Positions 18,811 to 29,655 are shown, numbered from the stretch's first letter. The stretch: 64,000 nt of DNA from a bacterium (GCA_023267635.1 JAHFMX010000005.1:1989-65988); one strand, 5' to 3'. A program made the numbers and translations. Notes: generated by a model not told the origin, from the sequence alone.

Positions 18811-19305
18811 ATGTCTACGAGAATTTTAGGGATTGATCCTGGGTTTGATCGACTTGGTGTGTGTGTTTTAGAAAAAGAAGGGGCTGCTGAAACACTTCTT
18901 TTTTCAACTTGTATCATAACTTCAAAAAAAGATTCTTTCGAAGCACGCCTTGCGTCCATCGCAACGGAGCTTACTGTCATACTTAAAAAGTATGCTCCGA
19001 CAGAGCTTGCGATTGAAAAACTTTTCTTAGCCAACAATCAGCGCACCGTGATGAATGTTTCTGAGGCGCGCGGAGTACTGCTCTATATATGTCACATCAA
19101 TGGACTCTCAGTTCATGAATACTCTCCACCACAAATAAAAGTTGCTGTTACGGGGTATGGAAAAGCAACCAAGAATGATATTGCGCTTATTGTTCCGAAG
19201 ATACTTAAAGAGCCTCTCGATGCGAAACTTTTGGATGACGAATTAGACGCTATTGCTATTGCTTTAACACATAGTGCACATAGAAAAATGAATAGTTGGA
19301 AATAG
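18811..19305 (+). CDS. ruvC: Crossover junction endodeoxyribonuclease
   Basis: ILGIDPG, AIEKLF, EARGV, GYGKATK, DDELDAIAIA. Confidence 0.95.
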   Translation: MSTRILGIDPGFDRLGVCVLEKEGAAETLLFSTCIITSKKDSFEARLASIATELTVILKKYAPTELAIEKLFLANNQRTVMNVSEARGVLLYICHINGLSVHEYSPPQIKVAVTGYGKATKNDIALIVPKILKEPLDAKLLDDELDAIAIALTHSAHRKMNSWK

Positions 19306-19416
19306 GGTTTAAGTCTTTATAGATTCAAACCTTTTTGCGGATTGGGGCTCAAGTTTTACTAACCCTTGCAACAGGGCCTGCGCTATGGTATCTTTTTCAA
19401 TACATTAAAGAATATT

Positions 19417-19593
19417 ATGCTTATTGACGAAGAAGTAGAAAAACCAGTTGGTGAGGTAAACCCAGATGCACTTGAGGCAGTCTTTGAAGACGACTCAGCA
19501 ACAGACGAGGAAGTATTTATCTTTGGAACGACAGAAGAGGAGGAAAATGAGGTGGATATTGCTTTTGAACCAAATCCAGAAAACTATTGGTAA
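19417..19593 (+). CDS. Small, very acidic protein (58 aa)
   Basis: 21 Asp/Glu against 1 Lys; TTGCAA-17-TATCTT upstream, terminator downstream. Confidence 0.6.
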   Translation: MLIDEEVEKPVGEVNPDALEAVFEDDSATDEEVFIFGTTEEEENEVDIAFEPNPENYW

Positions 19594-19639
19594 AACAGGA
19601 CTAGTGTGCAGTTAAAAGCATACAGGAAATAGCTAATAC

Positions 19640-19677
19640 AAAATACGGGCGACACCTTTGGTGTCGCCCGTATTTTT
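19640..19677. terminator. Bidirectional terminator between convergent genes
   Basis: AAAATACGGGCGACACC-TTT-GGTGTCGCCCGTATTTT. Confidence 0.8.
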
Positions 19678-19695
19678 CTGGCTGTGCGCTCTTAC

Positions 19696-20892
19696 CTATT
19701 CGCTAATCACTATCTTTACAAATCTCTTCTTACCAATCTTAAGGGTTACATTATACGCTTTTACTTTTGCATCAGTTACAGCCGCTCCTGACACATCGGA
19801 GACTGCTCCATCTTCTATAAGTCTCCTCCAGTCGGTTTTAGATGTAACCATCCCCGCTTCTATGAGAACATCTACCAGCTCCTTATCAGATGTTGTTACT
19901 ATTTCTGGAATAGTGTCTGGCACCCCGCCTTTTGAAAAGGTTTCGATCCAAGAATTTTTTGCGAGCGCTGCCTGCTTCTCGTCGTGATACATCGTGACCA
20001 CTTCAGTTGCGAGTCTCATTTTTATATCTTTAGGATTTGCTCCATCTGCTAATTCTTTTTCAATTGCTGCAATGTCTGTAAGAGAGAGGTCTGTGCAGAG
20101 AGTGAAGTACTTAACCACCAATTCATCGCGCACAGACATTAATTTACCAAACATATCAAACGGCTCATCGACGATAGTAATAATATTACCCCAACTTGTG
20201 GACATTTTACGTCCGTCTGTTCCTTCAAGCATGACAGTAGTGAGGAGGTTTTGCTTTGGTTGTCCATAATATTCTTGAACAGTTCTTCCTGCTTTTAGAT
20301 TAAACAGTTGATCAAACCCGCCAAGTTCAAGATCCGCCTTTACTGCAACAGAATCATACCCTTGCATCATTGGGTACAAAAACTCACGAAGTGAAATCTC
20401 TACACCTGCGTCATATCTATCCTTAAAATTTCGTCTTGCAAGCATCTGCTGTACCGAAAAACACTCTGCGAGTTTTGTTACTTCTTCAAATGTAAGCTTT
20501 GATAGCCAGTCGTTATTGTAGACAAATTCTGTTTTTGAAAGATCGAGAATTTTTGAAATCTGACTTTTGTAGTCCTTAAGGTTTTCGTCAATCTTTGCAC
20601 GAGTGAGCATTGGCCGCTTTTCACTCTTATCTGATGCATCTCCTACCTGAGCGGTAAAGTCTCCAACAATAAAAACAACTTGATGTCCAAGCTTTTGAAA
20701 TTCGCGAAGTTTTCGTAATGGTATTGCGCGCCCAAGATGAATTTTTGGTCCCGTCGGATCAACGCCTAATTTAATTCTAAGAGTACGCCCAGAAAGAAGC
20801 TCTTTTTTTAGTTCTTCTCTTACAATAACGTCTTCGACGCCGCGGGAGAGTAGTTCATCAATTTTTACTTCATCAGTAATTACTTTGTCCAT
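19696..20892 (-). CDS. tyrS: Tyrosine--tRNA ligase
   Basis: GVDPTG..HLGR (HIGH), YPMMQGYD, GGFDQ, KMSTS, C-terminal S4 domain. Confidence 0.96.
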   Translation of the reverse strand: MDKVITDEVKIDELLSRGVEDVIVREELKKELLSGRTLRIKLGVDPTGPKIHLGRAIPLRKLREFQKLGHQVVFIVGDFTAQVGDASDKSEKRPMLTRAKIDENLKDYKSQISKILDLSKTEFVYNNDWLSKLTFEEVTKLAECFSVQQMLARRNFKDRYDAGVEISLREFLYPMMQGYDSVAVKADLELGGFDQLFNLKAGRTVQEYYGQPKQNLLTTVMLEGTDGRKMSTSWGNIITIVDEPFDMFGKLMSVRDELVVKYFTLCTDLSLTDIAAIEKELADGANPKDIKMRLATEVVTMYHDEKQAALAKNSWIETFSKGGVPDTIPEIVTTSDKELVDVLIEAGMVTSKTDWRRLIEDGAVSDVSGAAVTDAKVKAYNVTLKIGKKRFVKIVISE

Positions 20893-20928
20893 CCCCTTAT
20901 ATTATCATAGGTATGCTACTATTATGAA

Positions 20929-23133
20929 ATGACCACAAACGTAGAAATGCGCAAGAAAAAAGCTCAAAAGAAACTCTTACGGGAAGCTTTTTTTATACTA
21001 ACGTCTCTTGGAGTTGTTGTAGTGGCTATTATGATTGGGTGGGTTGCAACACTTCAGTTGCCTGACTTTAATAACTTTGAAAACAGGTCTATCGCAAATT
21101 CAACAAAAATTTACGACCGCACTGGGAAAATAGTGCTCTACAACATTCACGACAACGTCAGACGAACTGAAGTTTCTATTGCTGATATCAGTCTCTATAT
21201 TCAGCAAGCTACGATCTCAATTGAAGATGCTCACTTCTATGAACACAATGGATTCCGTCCGACATCGTTTATCCGAGCTGCTATTGCAAACGTGCTGAGT
21301 GGAGGATATTCACAAGGTGGGTCAACAATTAATCAGCAAGTTGTTAAAAACGCCCTCCTTACTCGAGAAAAAACCATCTCTCGAAAATTGAAGGAAATTG
21401 TGTTGTCTCTTAAGCTTGACCGCGAAGTACCGAAAGACACCATTCTTCAGATTTACTTAAATGAAAGTCCATATGGTGGAACACTCTACGGTGTTGAGGA
21501 AGCCTCTCTCTCTTTCTTTAATAAACATGCAAAAGAAATAACCCTTACGGAGGCAGCTTACCTTGCTGCTCTTCCACAGTCTCCAACGTATTATTCTCCG
21601 TACGGCAAACACAGGGACGCTCTAGAGAAGCGTAAAAATCTTGTGCTTGAAAGAATGTATGAGCTTGGATATATTACTGAAGCTCAAAAAAATGATTCTC
21701 AAGCTGAGTCTGTGGTATTTGAACGCGATGTTTCTAATAGTGGTAAAGCGCTTCACTTTGTCATGTATATCCGTGAGTACTTGGAGCAACAGTACGGTGA
21801 TGACGCAATACAAAACGGTGGGCTTAAGGTTGTCACCACTATTGATTACGAACTACAAAAAAGTCTTGAGGAAATTGTAAAAGTGGGAGCGTTAGAAAAT
21901 GCTAAGAAATATAAAGCAACAAATGCTGCCGCTGTTGCTATCGACCCACGCAACGGACAAATATTAGCTATGGTTGGTTCTCGAGATTTTTTCGACACAG
22001 AAATACCAGGACAGTACAACATTGCTTTGGCGGAAAGGCAGCCAGGTTCATCATTTAAACCTATTGTCTACGCTGCAGCTTTTGAGAGAGGATATACTCC
22101 TGAAACAGTTCTCTTTGATGTTCCAACGCAATTTAGTACCGCTTGTGACGCCTATGGTAATCCACGAGGAAATGCGGATGCCTCTTCGTGTTACATGCCT
22201 GGGAATTATGATGAGTTATTCCGTGGACCTGTGTCACTTCGCGACGCACTTGCTCAATCACTCAACGTTCCTGCTGTTAAACTTCTCTACCTTACTGGAT
22301 TAAATAACGCAGTACGACTAGCACAACTCATGGGACTCTCTACGATTCAAGACCCTGCTCGATACGGACTTTCTCTTGTGCTTGGAGGTGGTGAAGTTAC
22401 TCTTCTTGAACTTACCAATGCATACGGCGTATTTGCCAACAATGGTATTTACAACCCACCACAAGGAATACTCGAAGTACGCGACGGAGATGATACTGTG
22501 CTTGAAAAGTTTACAAAGAAAGAAAAGGAGGTTCTTTCTGAGTCTGTCTCGTCCCTTGTATCAAGTGTTCTCTCAGATAACAGCGCAAAGATTCCAGCCT
22601 ATGGTGCAAACTCACCACTGTTTTTCGGAGATAGGCCTGTTGCTTCTAAAACTGGTACAACAAACGATTACCGAGATGTCTGGGTTATTGGATATACCCC
22701 ATCAGTTGTAGTTGGTATGTGGGGAGGAAATAATAATAACAGTCCGATTGATAAGAAGGTGGCAGGGTTCGTACTTGCTCCTATTTGGCATAAAGCTATG
22801 GTGGCAGCTATAGGAACCTCTACTGTTGAGTATTTTACTAACCCCCTTCCAAACACCACTTCAAAACCGATTTTACACGGGGACTACTGTTCTGGTGGAC
22901 TTCGTACAATACTAGCTTCTGTTATTAAAGATAATCCAGACGGACCATACCCAACAAACCCTACTGGGGACTCACAATATTCCAACTGGGACGTTGCTGT
23001 ACAAAACTGGGCTTCTAGAAATACCGTACACTGTTCTACTCCTGTGGAGCCTACTACTGGAACTACAACACAATCAACATCAACTGATCCAAATGGTGGC
23101 GTAGAAATACCTATCACTAACGTTGGTCTTTAG
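20929..23133 (+). CDS. Class A penicillin-binding protein (PBP1A family)
   Basis: EDAHFYEH, GGSTINQQ, RKLKE transglycosylase; SSFK, SLN, KTGT transpeptidase motifs. Confidence 0.92.
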   Translation: MTTNVEMRKKKAQKKLLREAFFILTSLGVVVVAIMIGWVATLQLPDFNNFENRSIANSTKIYDRTGKIVLYNIHDNVRRTEVSIADISLYIQQATISIEDAHFYEHNGFRPTSFIRAAIANVLSGGYSQGGSTINQQVVKNALLTREKTISRKLKEIVLSLKLDREVPKDTILQIYLNESPYGGTLYGVEEASLSFFNKHAKEITLTEAAYLAALPQSPTYYSPYGKHRDALEKRKNLVLERMYELGYITEAQKNDSQAESVVFERDVSNSGKALHFVMYIREYLEQQYGDDAIQNGGLKVVTTIDYELQKSLEEIVKVGALENAKKYKATNAAAVAIDPRNGQILAMVGSRDFFDTEIPGQYNIALAERQPGSSFKPIVYAAAFERGYTPETVLFDVPTQFSTACDAYGNPRGNADASSCYMPGNYDELFRGPVSLRDALAQSLNVPAVKLLYLTGLNNAVRLAQLMGLSTIQDPARYGLSLVLGGGEVTLLELTNAYGVFANNGIYNPPQGILEVRDGDDTVLEKFTKKEKEVLSESVSSLVSSVLSDNSAKIPAYGANSPLFFGDRPVASKTGTTNDYRDVWVIGYTPSVVVGMWGGNNNNSPIDKKVAGFVLAPIWHKAMVAAIGTSTVEYFTNPLPNTTSKPILHGDYCSGGLRTILASVIKDNPDGPYPTNPTGDSQYSNWDVAVQNWASRNTVHCSTPVEPTTGTTTQSTSTDPNGGVEIPITNVGL

Positions 23134-23363
23134 TTTTGGAGGATATACCCCAACGATTCCAATACTTCCTTCCCTCCTTTTTGAAGTACTGCTGTTTTTT
23201 TAACAGACGATGTTGAGATGATTATTTTCTTTTTTGAGATTTGTATTTCTGATTCATCAAGAAGCACTCCCGTTGTATTCATAATTGAAGTAATAATTTC
23301 TTGTTTACTATTTTCTCGTTCTTTAATGTTTCGTATATGTCTTGCGAATAACCCTTGTTCCAT
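23130..23363 (-). CDS. Small hypothetical protein downstream of dnaN (possibly DciA-like)
   Basis: 77-aa ORF coupled to dnaN; the functional guess rests on position only. Confidence 0.45.
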   Translation of the reverse strand: MEQGLFARHIRNIKERENSKQEIITSIMNTTGVLLDESEIQISKKKIIISTSSVKKTAVLQKGGKEVLESLGYILQN

Positions 23364-23366
23364 ATA

Positions 23367-24458
23367 TTAGCGATTAAGCGGCATAAGAAGATAGGTAAAA
23401 CTAATATCCTTATTTCCTCGTATAAACATTGGGCGATTTGCTGTACTAAACATACAGATAATAGTTCCACCTTCTATATGGGACAAAACATCTAAGAAAT
23501 ATCTGTTATTATATTTTACTTCAATATCGTCCCCTACTTTTTCTCCTGAGATTGTATGAGTTACTTGTCCTACTGCTTCATTTTTACTGTGAAATGTTAC
23601 CTTTCCTTCTGTAAAGACACATTCAACTTGAGAGTATTGTTCATTGAAGAATGTTGTGAGTGTTAATGTCTTTTGAAGCTCTTCTTTTGCTAAGGTGACG
23701 GTTGTAGTGAATTCTTTAGGGAACAGCTGTCTATAGTCAGGAAATTGACCAGTAACAGTATGTATAGCTAGAGTTAGGTTTGATGTACTGAAAGATAAAA
23801 TACTTTCATGTTGAGAAAGCGTAAACACTTCATCTTCTTCATTAAGGATTTGCAATATATCTGTTATATGTTTTTGCGGAATAAGAATCGAACATTCAAG
23901 ATCAGTTGTATTTGGTATTGATTTTTCAGCTAATCGATATGAATCTGTAGCTACAGTATAAATAAGATCATCTTTTGTATACAAATACACAGAAGCAATC
24001 TCTGGTTTAATGTCGGTAGTGGCTGCACAAAAAGAAACTTCTTTTAGGAGTGTATTTATATTTTCTTTTGAGAGAGTCCCTATTGAAGAACCTTGACTTG
24101 GAAGTGTTGGAAAGTCTTCATACGGTGTTGTTTTAATTTCAACAACACCTTTATCTGTTGTTATTGAAAAAACTCCTTCCTGAACCTCACAAATAAGAAC
24201 AGTATCTAGAGATTGAAATGTAGAAAGAATTCTTAAAAAAGCTTCTCCTTGTAAAATACAGGTTCCATTTACGAGACCTTTTACAGGAATACTTTTTTCA
24301 CAAAATAATTCAAGATTTGTTGCTCGTAATGTTAAAAGATGAGTATCTAACTCAAGATGAATATCCTGAAGATAGTTTTGTGACTGCTGTTTACTACGAG
24401 CACGTGACACTTGTTGAACAGCTTTTATAAATACCTCTCCTCTGCATTCGAATTTCAT
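23367..24458 (-). CDS. dnaN: DNA polymerase III beta sliding clamp
   Basis: ATNLE, ATDSYRLA, GQFPDY, terminal LLMPL; downstream of dnaA. Confidence 0.95.
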   Translation of the reverse strand: MKFECRGEVFIKAVQQVSRARSKQQSQNYLQDIHLELDTHLLTLRATNLELFCEKSIPVKGLVNGTCILQGEAFLRILSTFQSLDTVLICEVQEGVFSITTDKGVVEIKTTPYEDFPTLPSQGSSIGTLSKENINTLLKEVSFCAATTDIKPEIASVYLYTKDDLIYTVATDSYRLAEKSIPNTTDLECSILIPQKHITDILQILNEEDEVFTLSQHESILSFSTSNLTLAIHTVTGQFPDYRQLFPKEFTTTVTLAKEELQKTLTLTTFFNEQYSQVECVFTEGKVTFHSKNEAVGQVTHTISGEKVGDDIEVKYNNRYFLDVLSHIEGGTIICMFSTANRPMFIRGNKDISFTYLLMPLNR

Positions 24459-24714
24459 AGTATCTAGTATATATAATATATGATACTAAGTATAGGTCTG
24501 TGGACGATGTGGGAATGTTAAAAAAGCCTTATAGTATAAATATTTTTTAGGAATTTACGATAGCCAGACAGGTATATATGAGTAAAGTATTTGTGGGTAG
24601 TTACTTGGTGTATGGAGATATCTGTTGATAAGGGGATGAGTTATTAGGAAGATATTAGTATGTTATCCACAAGAATATCCACATATCTGTAAAAAGAGCC
24701 CTTAAAGGCTCTTT
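24459..24714. other. Probable replication origin (oriC)
   Basis: AT-rich dnaA-dnaN spacer with TTATCCACA (24663-24671), ATATCCACA (24675-24683), TGTTGATAA (24623-24631) and further TGTGG half-boxes. Confidence 0.75.
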
Positions 24715-26052
24715 TTACACTAACATTGCGCGGATATCTTCAATCTCTCTAGATAATTGTGGATTTTCTTTTAAAACTCCCTTAATCTTTTCGTATGAGT
24801 GGATTACCGTTGTATGATCTCTTCCCCCTAACCTGTCTCCAATCATTGGATATGAGATATCAAAATCCTCTCGTAAAATATACATAACAATCTGACGAGG
24901 TTTTACTACATCCTTTCTTCTTGTTTTGTTATAAATATATACATCAGGGATATGATAATAGTCGGCGATAAGTTTTACAATTTCTGGTATTGAGATGCTT
25001 TTCTTTACTCGAACATTATTTTTTAGGAGATTTTTTACATCAGCTAGTGTAATCGCCTGTTGTTTAACTTGGATATAGCCAAGTATTGAGGTCATAACAC
25101 CTTCCAATTCTCGAATATTACCCTGAACTGTTTCAGCAACGTACTGTAAAACCTCTTGTGGAATCTTTTCAGAATAATCTTTTGTTTTAGCCATTAAAAT
25201 AGCAAGCCTTGATTCAAGTGAAGGAATGTTTACGTCCACTATCATTCCGTGATTAAAGCGTGACCTGAGACGGTCTTCTAGTCCCACAATAAGATTTGGG
25301 TGTTTATCAGAAGAAAAGATAATTTGTTTATTCATTTCATAGAGAGAATTGAAGAGGTGAAATAATTCATCTTGCGTTCTTTCTTTTCCATTAATGAATT
25401 GAATATCATCCATAATAAAGACATCATATTTTCTGTACTTCTCTTTAAAAGAGTTGATTTTATTCATGTTCGTCGCATTCACATAGTCCATATAGAACTT
25501 TTCAAGAGATGTATAAAACACTTTCCTCTCAGGGTGTTTCTTTTTAACGGTGTTCCCTATTGCTTGCATGAGGTGCGTCTTTCCAAGCCCAGTGTTTCCG
25601 TAGACAAAGAAAGGATTGTAGACGATTCCTAGTCCATTAATAACTGCTTGCGAGCAAGCATAAGCAACCTCATTAAAAGAACCAACAATAAAAGTGTCGA
25701 AGGTGTATCGAGGATTAAGTCCGTCATCCTTATTAATATATAAATCTTGAAGAGGAAGAGGTTGCCCAGTGATCGCTATGTGCTGCGCCTTCTTTTGAAG
25801 GTTTTCTGGTTTTACAACCGTAAAGACAATAGAGCGAACACTTTCATGAATGGTGCGCAAGATACGAAGGATGAATTTGTGGTATTTCTGATTGAGCCAG
25901 TCCTTAACGAATTCATTAGGAACACCAATAGTTACCTCACCATCTTTGTAGTCAATAATACGCGTGTTCTTAAACCACGTATTGAAGTTAACTCGAGAAA
26001 GTTCAATCTCAATCTGAGATAATGCACTGTTCCAGAGTTGTTGGTAATCCAT
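24715..26052 (-). CDS. dnaA: Chromosomal replication initiator
   Basis: LNPRYTFDTF, GNTGLGKTHL, DDIQF, NIRELEG, GGRDHTTVIH. Confidence 0.97.
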   Translation of the reverse strand: MDYQQLWNSALSQIEIELSRVNFNTWFKNTRIIDYKDGEVTIGVPNEFVKDWLNQKYHKFILRILRTIHESVRSIVFTVVKPENLQKKAQHIAITGQPLPLQDLYINKDDGLNPRYTFDTFIVGSFNEVAYACSQAVINGLGIVYNPFFVYGNTGLGKTHLMQAIGNTVKKKHPERKVFYTSLEKFYMDYVNATNMNKINSFKEKYRKYDVFIMDDIQFINGKERTQDELFHLFNSLYEMNKQIIFSSDKHPNLIVGLEDRLRSRFNHGMIVDVNIPSLESRLAILMAKTKDYSEKIPQEVLQYVAETVQGNIRELEGVMTSILGYIQVKQQAITLADVKNLLKNNVRVKKSISIPEIVKLIADYYHIPDVYIYNKTRRKDVVKPRQIVMYILREDFDISYPMIGDRLGGRDHTTVIHSYEKIKGVLKENPQLSREIEDIRAMLV

Positions 26053-26153
26053 AGTAGAGTAGTATACACTCAGAAAATTTTGCTACAACTTGACGAGGTA
26101 GAGATAAGTATACGCTTATTGATTTATCTCCCTTATTCGTGTAGAATAGCGCC

Positions 26154-26288
26154 ATGTCTATTACATATAACCCAAAAAGGAAGAAGCGAGGAACAACCCA
26201 CGGTTTTCTCGTTCGTATGGCGTCAAAAGGTGGACGTAGAGTAATTTCTCGTCGCCGATCAAATGGACGAAAGAAGCTTTCTGTCTAA
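26154..26288 (+). CDS. rpmH: 50S ribosomal protein L34 (not in ORF track)
   Basis: [44 protein letters not shown]; divergent from dnaA. Confidence 0.95.
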   Translation: MSITYNPKRKKRGTTHGFLVRMASKGGRRVISRRRSNGRKKLSV

Positions 26289-26296
26289 TTATTTTT

Positions 26297-26620
26297 ATGC
26301 TTCCAAAGACGAAGCGGGTAACGGCAACTGATTTCAAGGGTACAAAAACGCGGCTCGTTTATCGAGGTGCGTTTTTTGATCTTAGTACCGCCCCAACGGC
26401 TTCACCTGAAAGTATCACTAAATTTGCTTGTGTTATAGCGAAAAAGCGCATTAAACGAGCCGTCGACAGAAACAGAGCTAAAAGAAAAATCTATACGCAA
26501 CTCGCAGGCATACAAACAAAGGTCCCTATGCTGGTTTTTATATATCCCACTAAACACATACTCCAAGCACCTTCTTTTGCGATCAAAGAGGAAATAACTA
26601 AAGCATTTGCTACACTGTAA
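26297..26620 (+). CDS. rnpA: Ribonuclease P protein component
   Basis: MLPK..R, AVDRNRAKR RNR motif; rpmH-rnpA-yidC synteny. Confidence 0.85.
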   Translation: MLPKTKRVTATDFKGTKTRLVYRGAFFDLSTAPTASPESITKFACVIAKKRIKRAVDRNRAKRKIYTQLAGIQTKVPMLVFIYPTKHILQAPSFAIKEEITKAFATL

Positions 26621-26630
26621 CAACAAAACT

Positions 26631-27353
26631 ATGTTCCACACTATTTTCTACGAACCAATTTATAACTTACTTGTTCTTGTTCTTACCTACGCCCCTCTTC
26701 ATGACATAGGAACAGCGATCGTTATTGTTACGCTTATTGTTAAGGTGGTGCTTCTTCCCCTTAATCTATCTGCATTACGAAGTCAGTACATCATGAAGCG
26801 CCTAGAAGGAGAAATGGCAGCTCTTAAGGAAGAACACAAAGCATCACCACAAGAAGCTTCAAAGAAAATGATGGAAGTGTATAAACGTGAAAAGATAAAC
26901 CCATTTGCAAGTCTTTTTACTGTTCTTATACAGATTCCAATCTTCTTCGCTCTTTACTTCGTCTTCTCGAAAGGCCTTTTTGCTGACCCAAACTCACTCT
27001 ATTCTTTCGTTAGTTTCCCAGAGACACTTCACACAAAAGCATTCGGACTATTTGATGTGATGGATAAAAATATTGTAATTGCAGTATTGGCTGGGCTTTC
27101 TTCATATGTTCTTGCGCGACGTCAAACAGCTTCAATGGTTGCTCCTAAAAAAGAAGGAAAAGATGAATCGTTCCAAGATCAATTTATGAAATCTATGAGA
27201 ATACAACTTCTCTATGTTCTTCCTGTTATTATTGGTTTCTCTGCAGCCGTTCTTCCTTCGGCGCTCGGACTCTATTGGTTTGTAAGTAATGTTATTGGGT
27301 ACGCACAAGACGTATACATAAAAAACAAGTTGGCTCACCTCCACACCATTTAG
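26631..27353 (+). CDS. yidC: Membrane protein insertase YidC/Oxa1
   Basis: KINPFAS..LIQIPIFFALY, LGLYW; synteny. Confidence 0.9.
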   Translation: MFHTIFYEPIYNLLVLVLTYAPLHDIGTAIVIVTLIVKVVLLPLNLSALRSQYIMKRLEGEMAALKEEHKASPQEASKKMMEVYKREKINPFASLFTVLIQIPIFFALYFVFSKGLFADPNSLYSFVSFPETLHTKAFGLFDVMDKNIVIAVLAGLSSYVLARRQTASMVAPKKEGKDESFQDQFMKSMRIQLLYVLPVIIGFSAAVLPSALGLYWFVSNVIGYAQDVYIKNKLAHLHTI

Positions 27354-27356
27354 TTT

Positions 27357-28385
27357 TTACAGTTGATTTAAACAGGCGGTCAGTTCACAAGCATAAGATT
27401 TTACAGCGCACATGTTGTATTGGCTGTCGCCCGGATTAATCGGACAAACCCATTTTGGAACACTCTGATTAAACCCCGTTTCTTGTTTGCAGTCAGCGCT
27501 TGGAGAATGAGGAACGGTACCGTTTGCACAACAGTTATACGACGCAAAGACCCCCGCCATTGTCGGAATGTTTGGGTATACCTGATTCGTCGCTGCGATT
27601 TTTCCTTTAAGCAATGAAACTCCGCGAGCTATATTTGTTTCAGGGTTAAGGATGGAAGCATCACAAGGTGTTTTTTGGTTTATTTGCATAAGTCCGCAAT
27701 CATAGGTACCATTTGGGTTTGTGTTTTGAGCAATTTCTCTAGCACTTGATTCTTTGCACATGAGAGCGATCACCATTTTATAGTCCACGCCAGCATTACT
27801 GGCTTCACGTTGTATGGTGGGTAAATATTTTTGGTAATTACATCCTGTAAGTACTGTGCAACGAGCACCCCCACAGACACCACCAGTTGATTTGAGTGAA
27901 GCTATAACAGTGCTTGTTGGTTCACAGGTTTTAGATGAGTTGTTGGACGAAGGAAAACTCCCCGTCGCCCCTCCTCCGCCCATGTCCCCTCCTCCCCCAC
28001 TCACAATCCCACCACCTTTTCCTGCTGCAGCTCGTAATCCATCTAACCCAACATTTCCAGAAAGTAGATCTTTGTTAAAGGTATAAAGAATAACAAACAA
28101 AGAAAGAACACCAAGCAATCCAAGTGTTACTCTCTTAATTTCATCATTAGACTTCCTCACCCCTGCTTCTGATGCCTGCATTCTATATACCCCAGCTCGT
28201 GCGTACATTACTCCTGCTGCAAGTACAGAGATCATAATAGCCAATGAATACAGAAAGCTTGTAGAAGAGAACAAAGAAACAGCTTGTCCTGTAGTAAACG
28301 TTGGAGCAATCCCCTCCTTTCCAAGAGATTGGAAGTATGAGGGCTCGAGGGAGGTGTAGTTTTTATTATTCGGATTCATCGGCAA
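27357..28385 (-). CDS. VirB2/TrbC-like pilin module fused to a soluble lytic transglycosylase domain
   Basis: Two-TM N-terminus, Gly linker, ALMCKESS, GLMQIN, NPETNI, ASYN SLT motifs. Confidence 0.75.
   Translation of the reverse strand: MPMNPNNKNYTSLEPSYFQSLGKEGIAPTFTTGQAVSLFSSTSFLYSLAIMISVLAAGVMYARAGVYRMQASEAGVRKSNDEIKRVTLGLLGVLSLFVILYTFNKDLLSGNVGLDGLRAAAGKGGGIVSGGGGDMGGGGATGSFPSSNNSSKTCEPTSTVIASLKSTGGVCGGARCTVLTGCNYQKYLPTIQREASNAGVDYKMVIALMCKESSAREIAQNTNPNGTYDCGLMQINQKTPCDASILNPETNIARGVSLLKGKIAATNQVYPNIPTMAGVFASYNCCANGTVPHSPSADCKQETGFNQSVPKWVCPINPGDSQYNMCAVKSYACELTACLNQL
27960..28359. repeat. 400-bp exact direct repeat, copy 1 (pilin module)
   Basis: Identical by eye to 30140-30539 (offset 2180). 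Confidence 0.9.
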
Positions 28386-29655
28386 AAAGGTTTGTATTAA
28401 GAAGGAAAAGAGAGCCGTCTTGTCTTCGTATAAAACTAATAAGGTCAGATCCTGCGCTTGCTGTGAGGTGAGTCACATCAATCTGTCCGTAGGTTTCTGG
28501 AAAAGAATAGAGTGTATAGGTTTCTCCATTCTGTGCATTTACAATGGAAAGTGTATCGTCAAACATAAACCTTCCTTGATACCAGTCATCAGGCAACCCT
28601 TCAACGCTTTCTGGAATAGATTGAGGAATACCACAGACAAAGTATGGAGACACTGTTCCAACACACTTAGAAGCAAGGGTTTTTGTTGTGAAGGAAGCAA
28701 TCTTTCCAACGCTTACTCCAAAGGTTGCAAGCCCAGACTGAGACCACATGCTGTTAAGCATTGGACCATTAGATGAAGGAGTGCTTAGGAGACCTGTCTT
28801 GCCTCCTACGACTGAAGAAAATGAAGGAAGAGCAACCGTTGCCCCCTCCACATACGCAGACGCATGTGATGTTGCATAGAGCTGCTCGCCTCCGTAGGAA
28901 AGGGTCCATTCTGAAAAAGGAGAATCTGCCACACGCGCTGTACCTCGCAGTGAAAGTGAGTAGATAGTTGATCCGTTTGATCCAGGAACAACATAACTAA
29001 CCGTCGACAAATTTTTACTAACTGCAGTAGATGAAATATTTTGAGGTAGATAGGTTGTATCAATAAGTGGCTCAGGATCTCTCCCCTCTTGAACATTTGG
29101 GATAGAAGCCAGGATGCTTACAATAGTTTTCCTGTCGGCACCTAGAGAGCGCATAACAATACGATCACCTCCCGCCCATATGTATGCATCAAACACCCCT
29201 GGAATGGTTGTATTACTTATTTGATATGTTGTACCAGACTCCACCACATGACCGTATACGTACCCTGTTACTCGGTCAACAAACATAAGGACGGTGGTTG
29301 TGGCGCGAACTGTTTTTGTTGTTGAAATGGTTGTTGTCCCCACCGTTGAGGTAGACGTTACTTCTCGTAGTATGGGGCGACTCACGAAAACATTTCCTGT
29401 TGCAGGTGCGCCCCAAATACGATTGAAAGGAATCGCCGAAGCGGGAGTAATTTCAGTTTCTGTATTTGTGCCAGGCTCATCCCCTTGAAAGATAAAAGCA
29501 AAACGAGCAGGCAAATCACGAAGTGAAAAAGCACTTGTGGGTGTCTGTAGAGTTGGAGCTGATTCAGGTTTTGAAAAAAGAAAATACCAAACAATAACAC
29601 CAAAAGCAAACAGTGCGATAAGAGCAAATAAAATCTGAAGACGGCGATGTTCCAT
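28366..29655 (-). CDS. Membrane-anchored Ser/Thr-rich hypothetical protein (beta-rich)
   Basis: N-terminal TM helix; lies within the secretion gene cluster. Confidence 0.7.
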   Translation of the reverse strand: MEHRRLQILFALIALFAFGVIVWYFLFSKPESAPTLQTPTSAFSLRDLPARFAFIFQGDEPGTNTETEITPASAIPFNRIWGAPATGNVFVSRPILREVTSTSTVGTTTISTTKTVRATTTVLMFVDRVTGYVYGHVVESGTTYQISNTTIPGVFDAYIWAGGDRIVMRSLGADRKTIVSILASIPNVQEGRDPEPLIDTTYLPQNISSTAVSKNLSTVSYVVPGSNGSTIYSLSLRGTARVADSPFSEWTLSYGGEQLYATSHASAYVEGATVALPSFSSVVGGKTGLLSTPSSNGPMLNSMWSQSGLATFGVSVGKIASFTTKTLASKCVGTVSPYFVCGIPQSIPESVEGLPDDWYQGRFMFDDTLSIVNAQNGETYTLYSFPETYGQIDVTHLTASAGSDLISFIRRQDGSLFLLNTNLFADESE

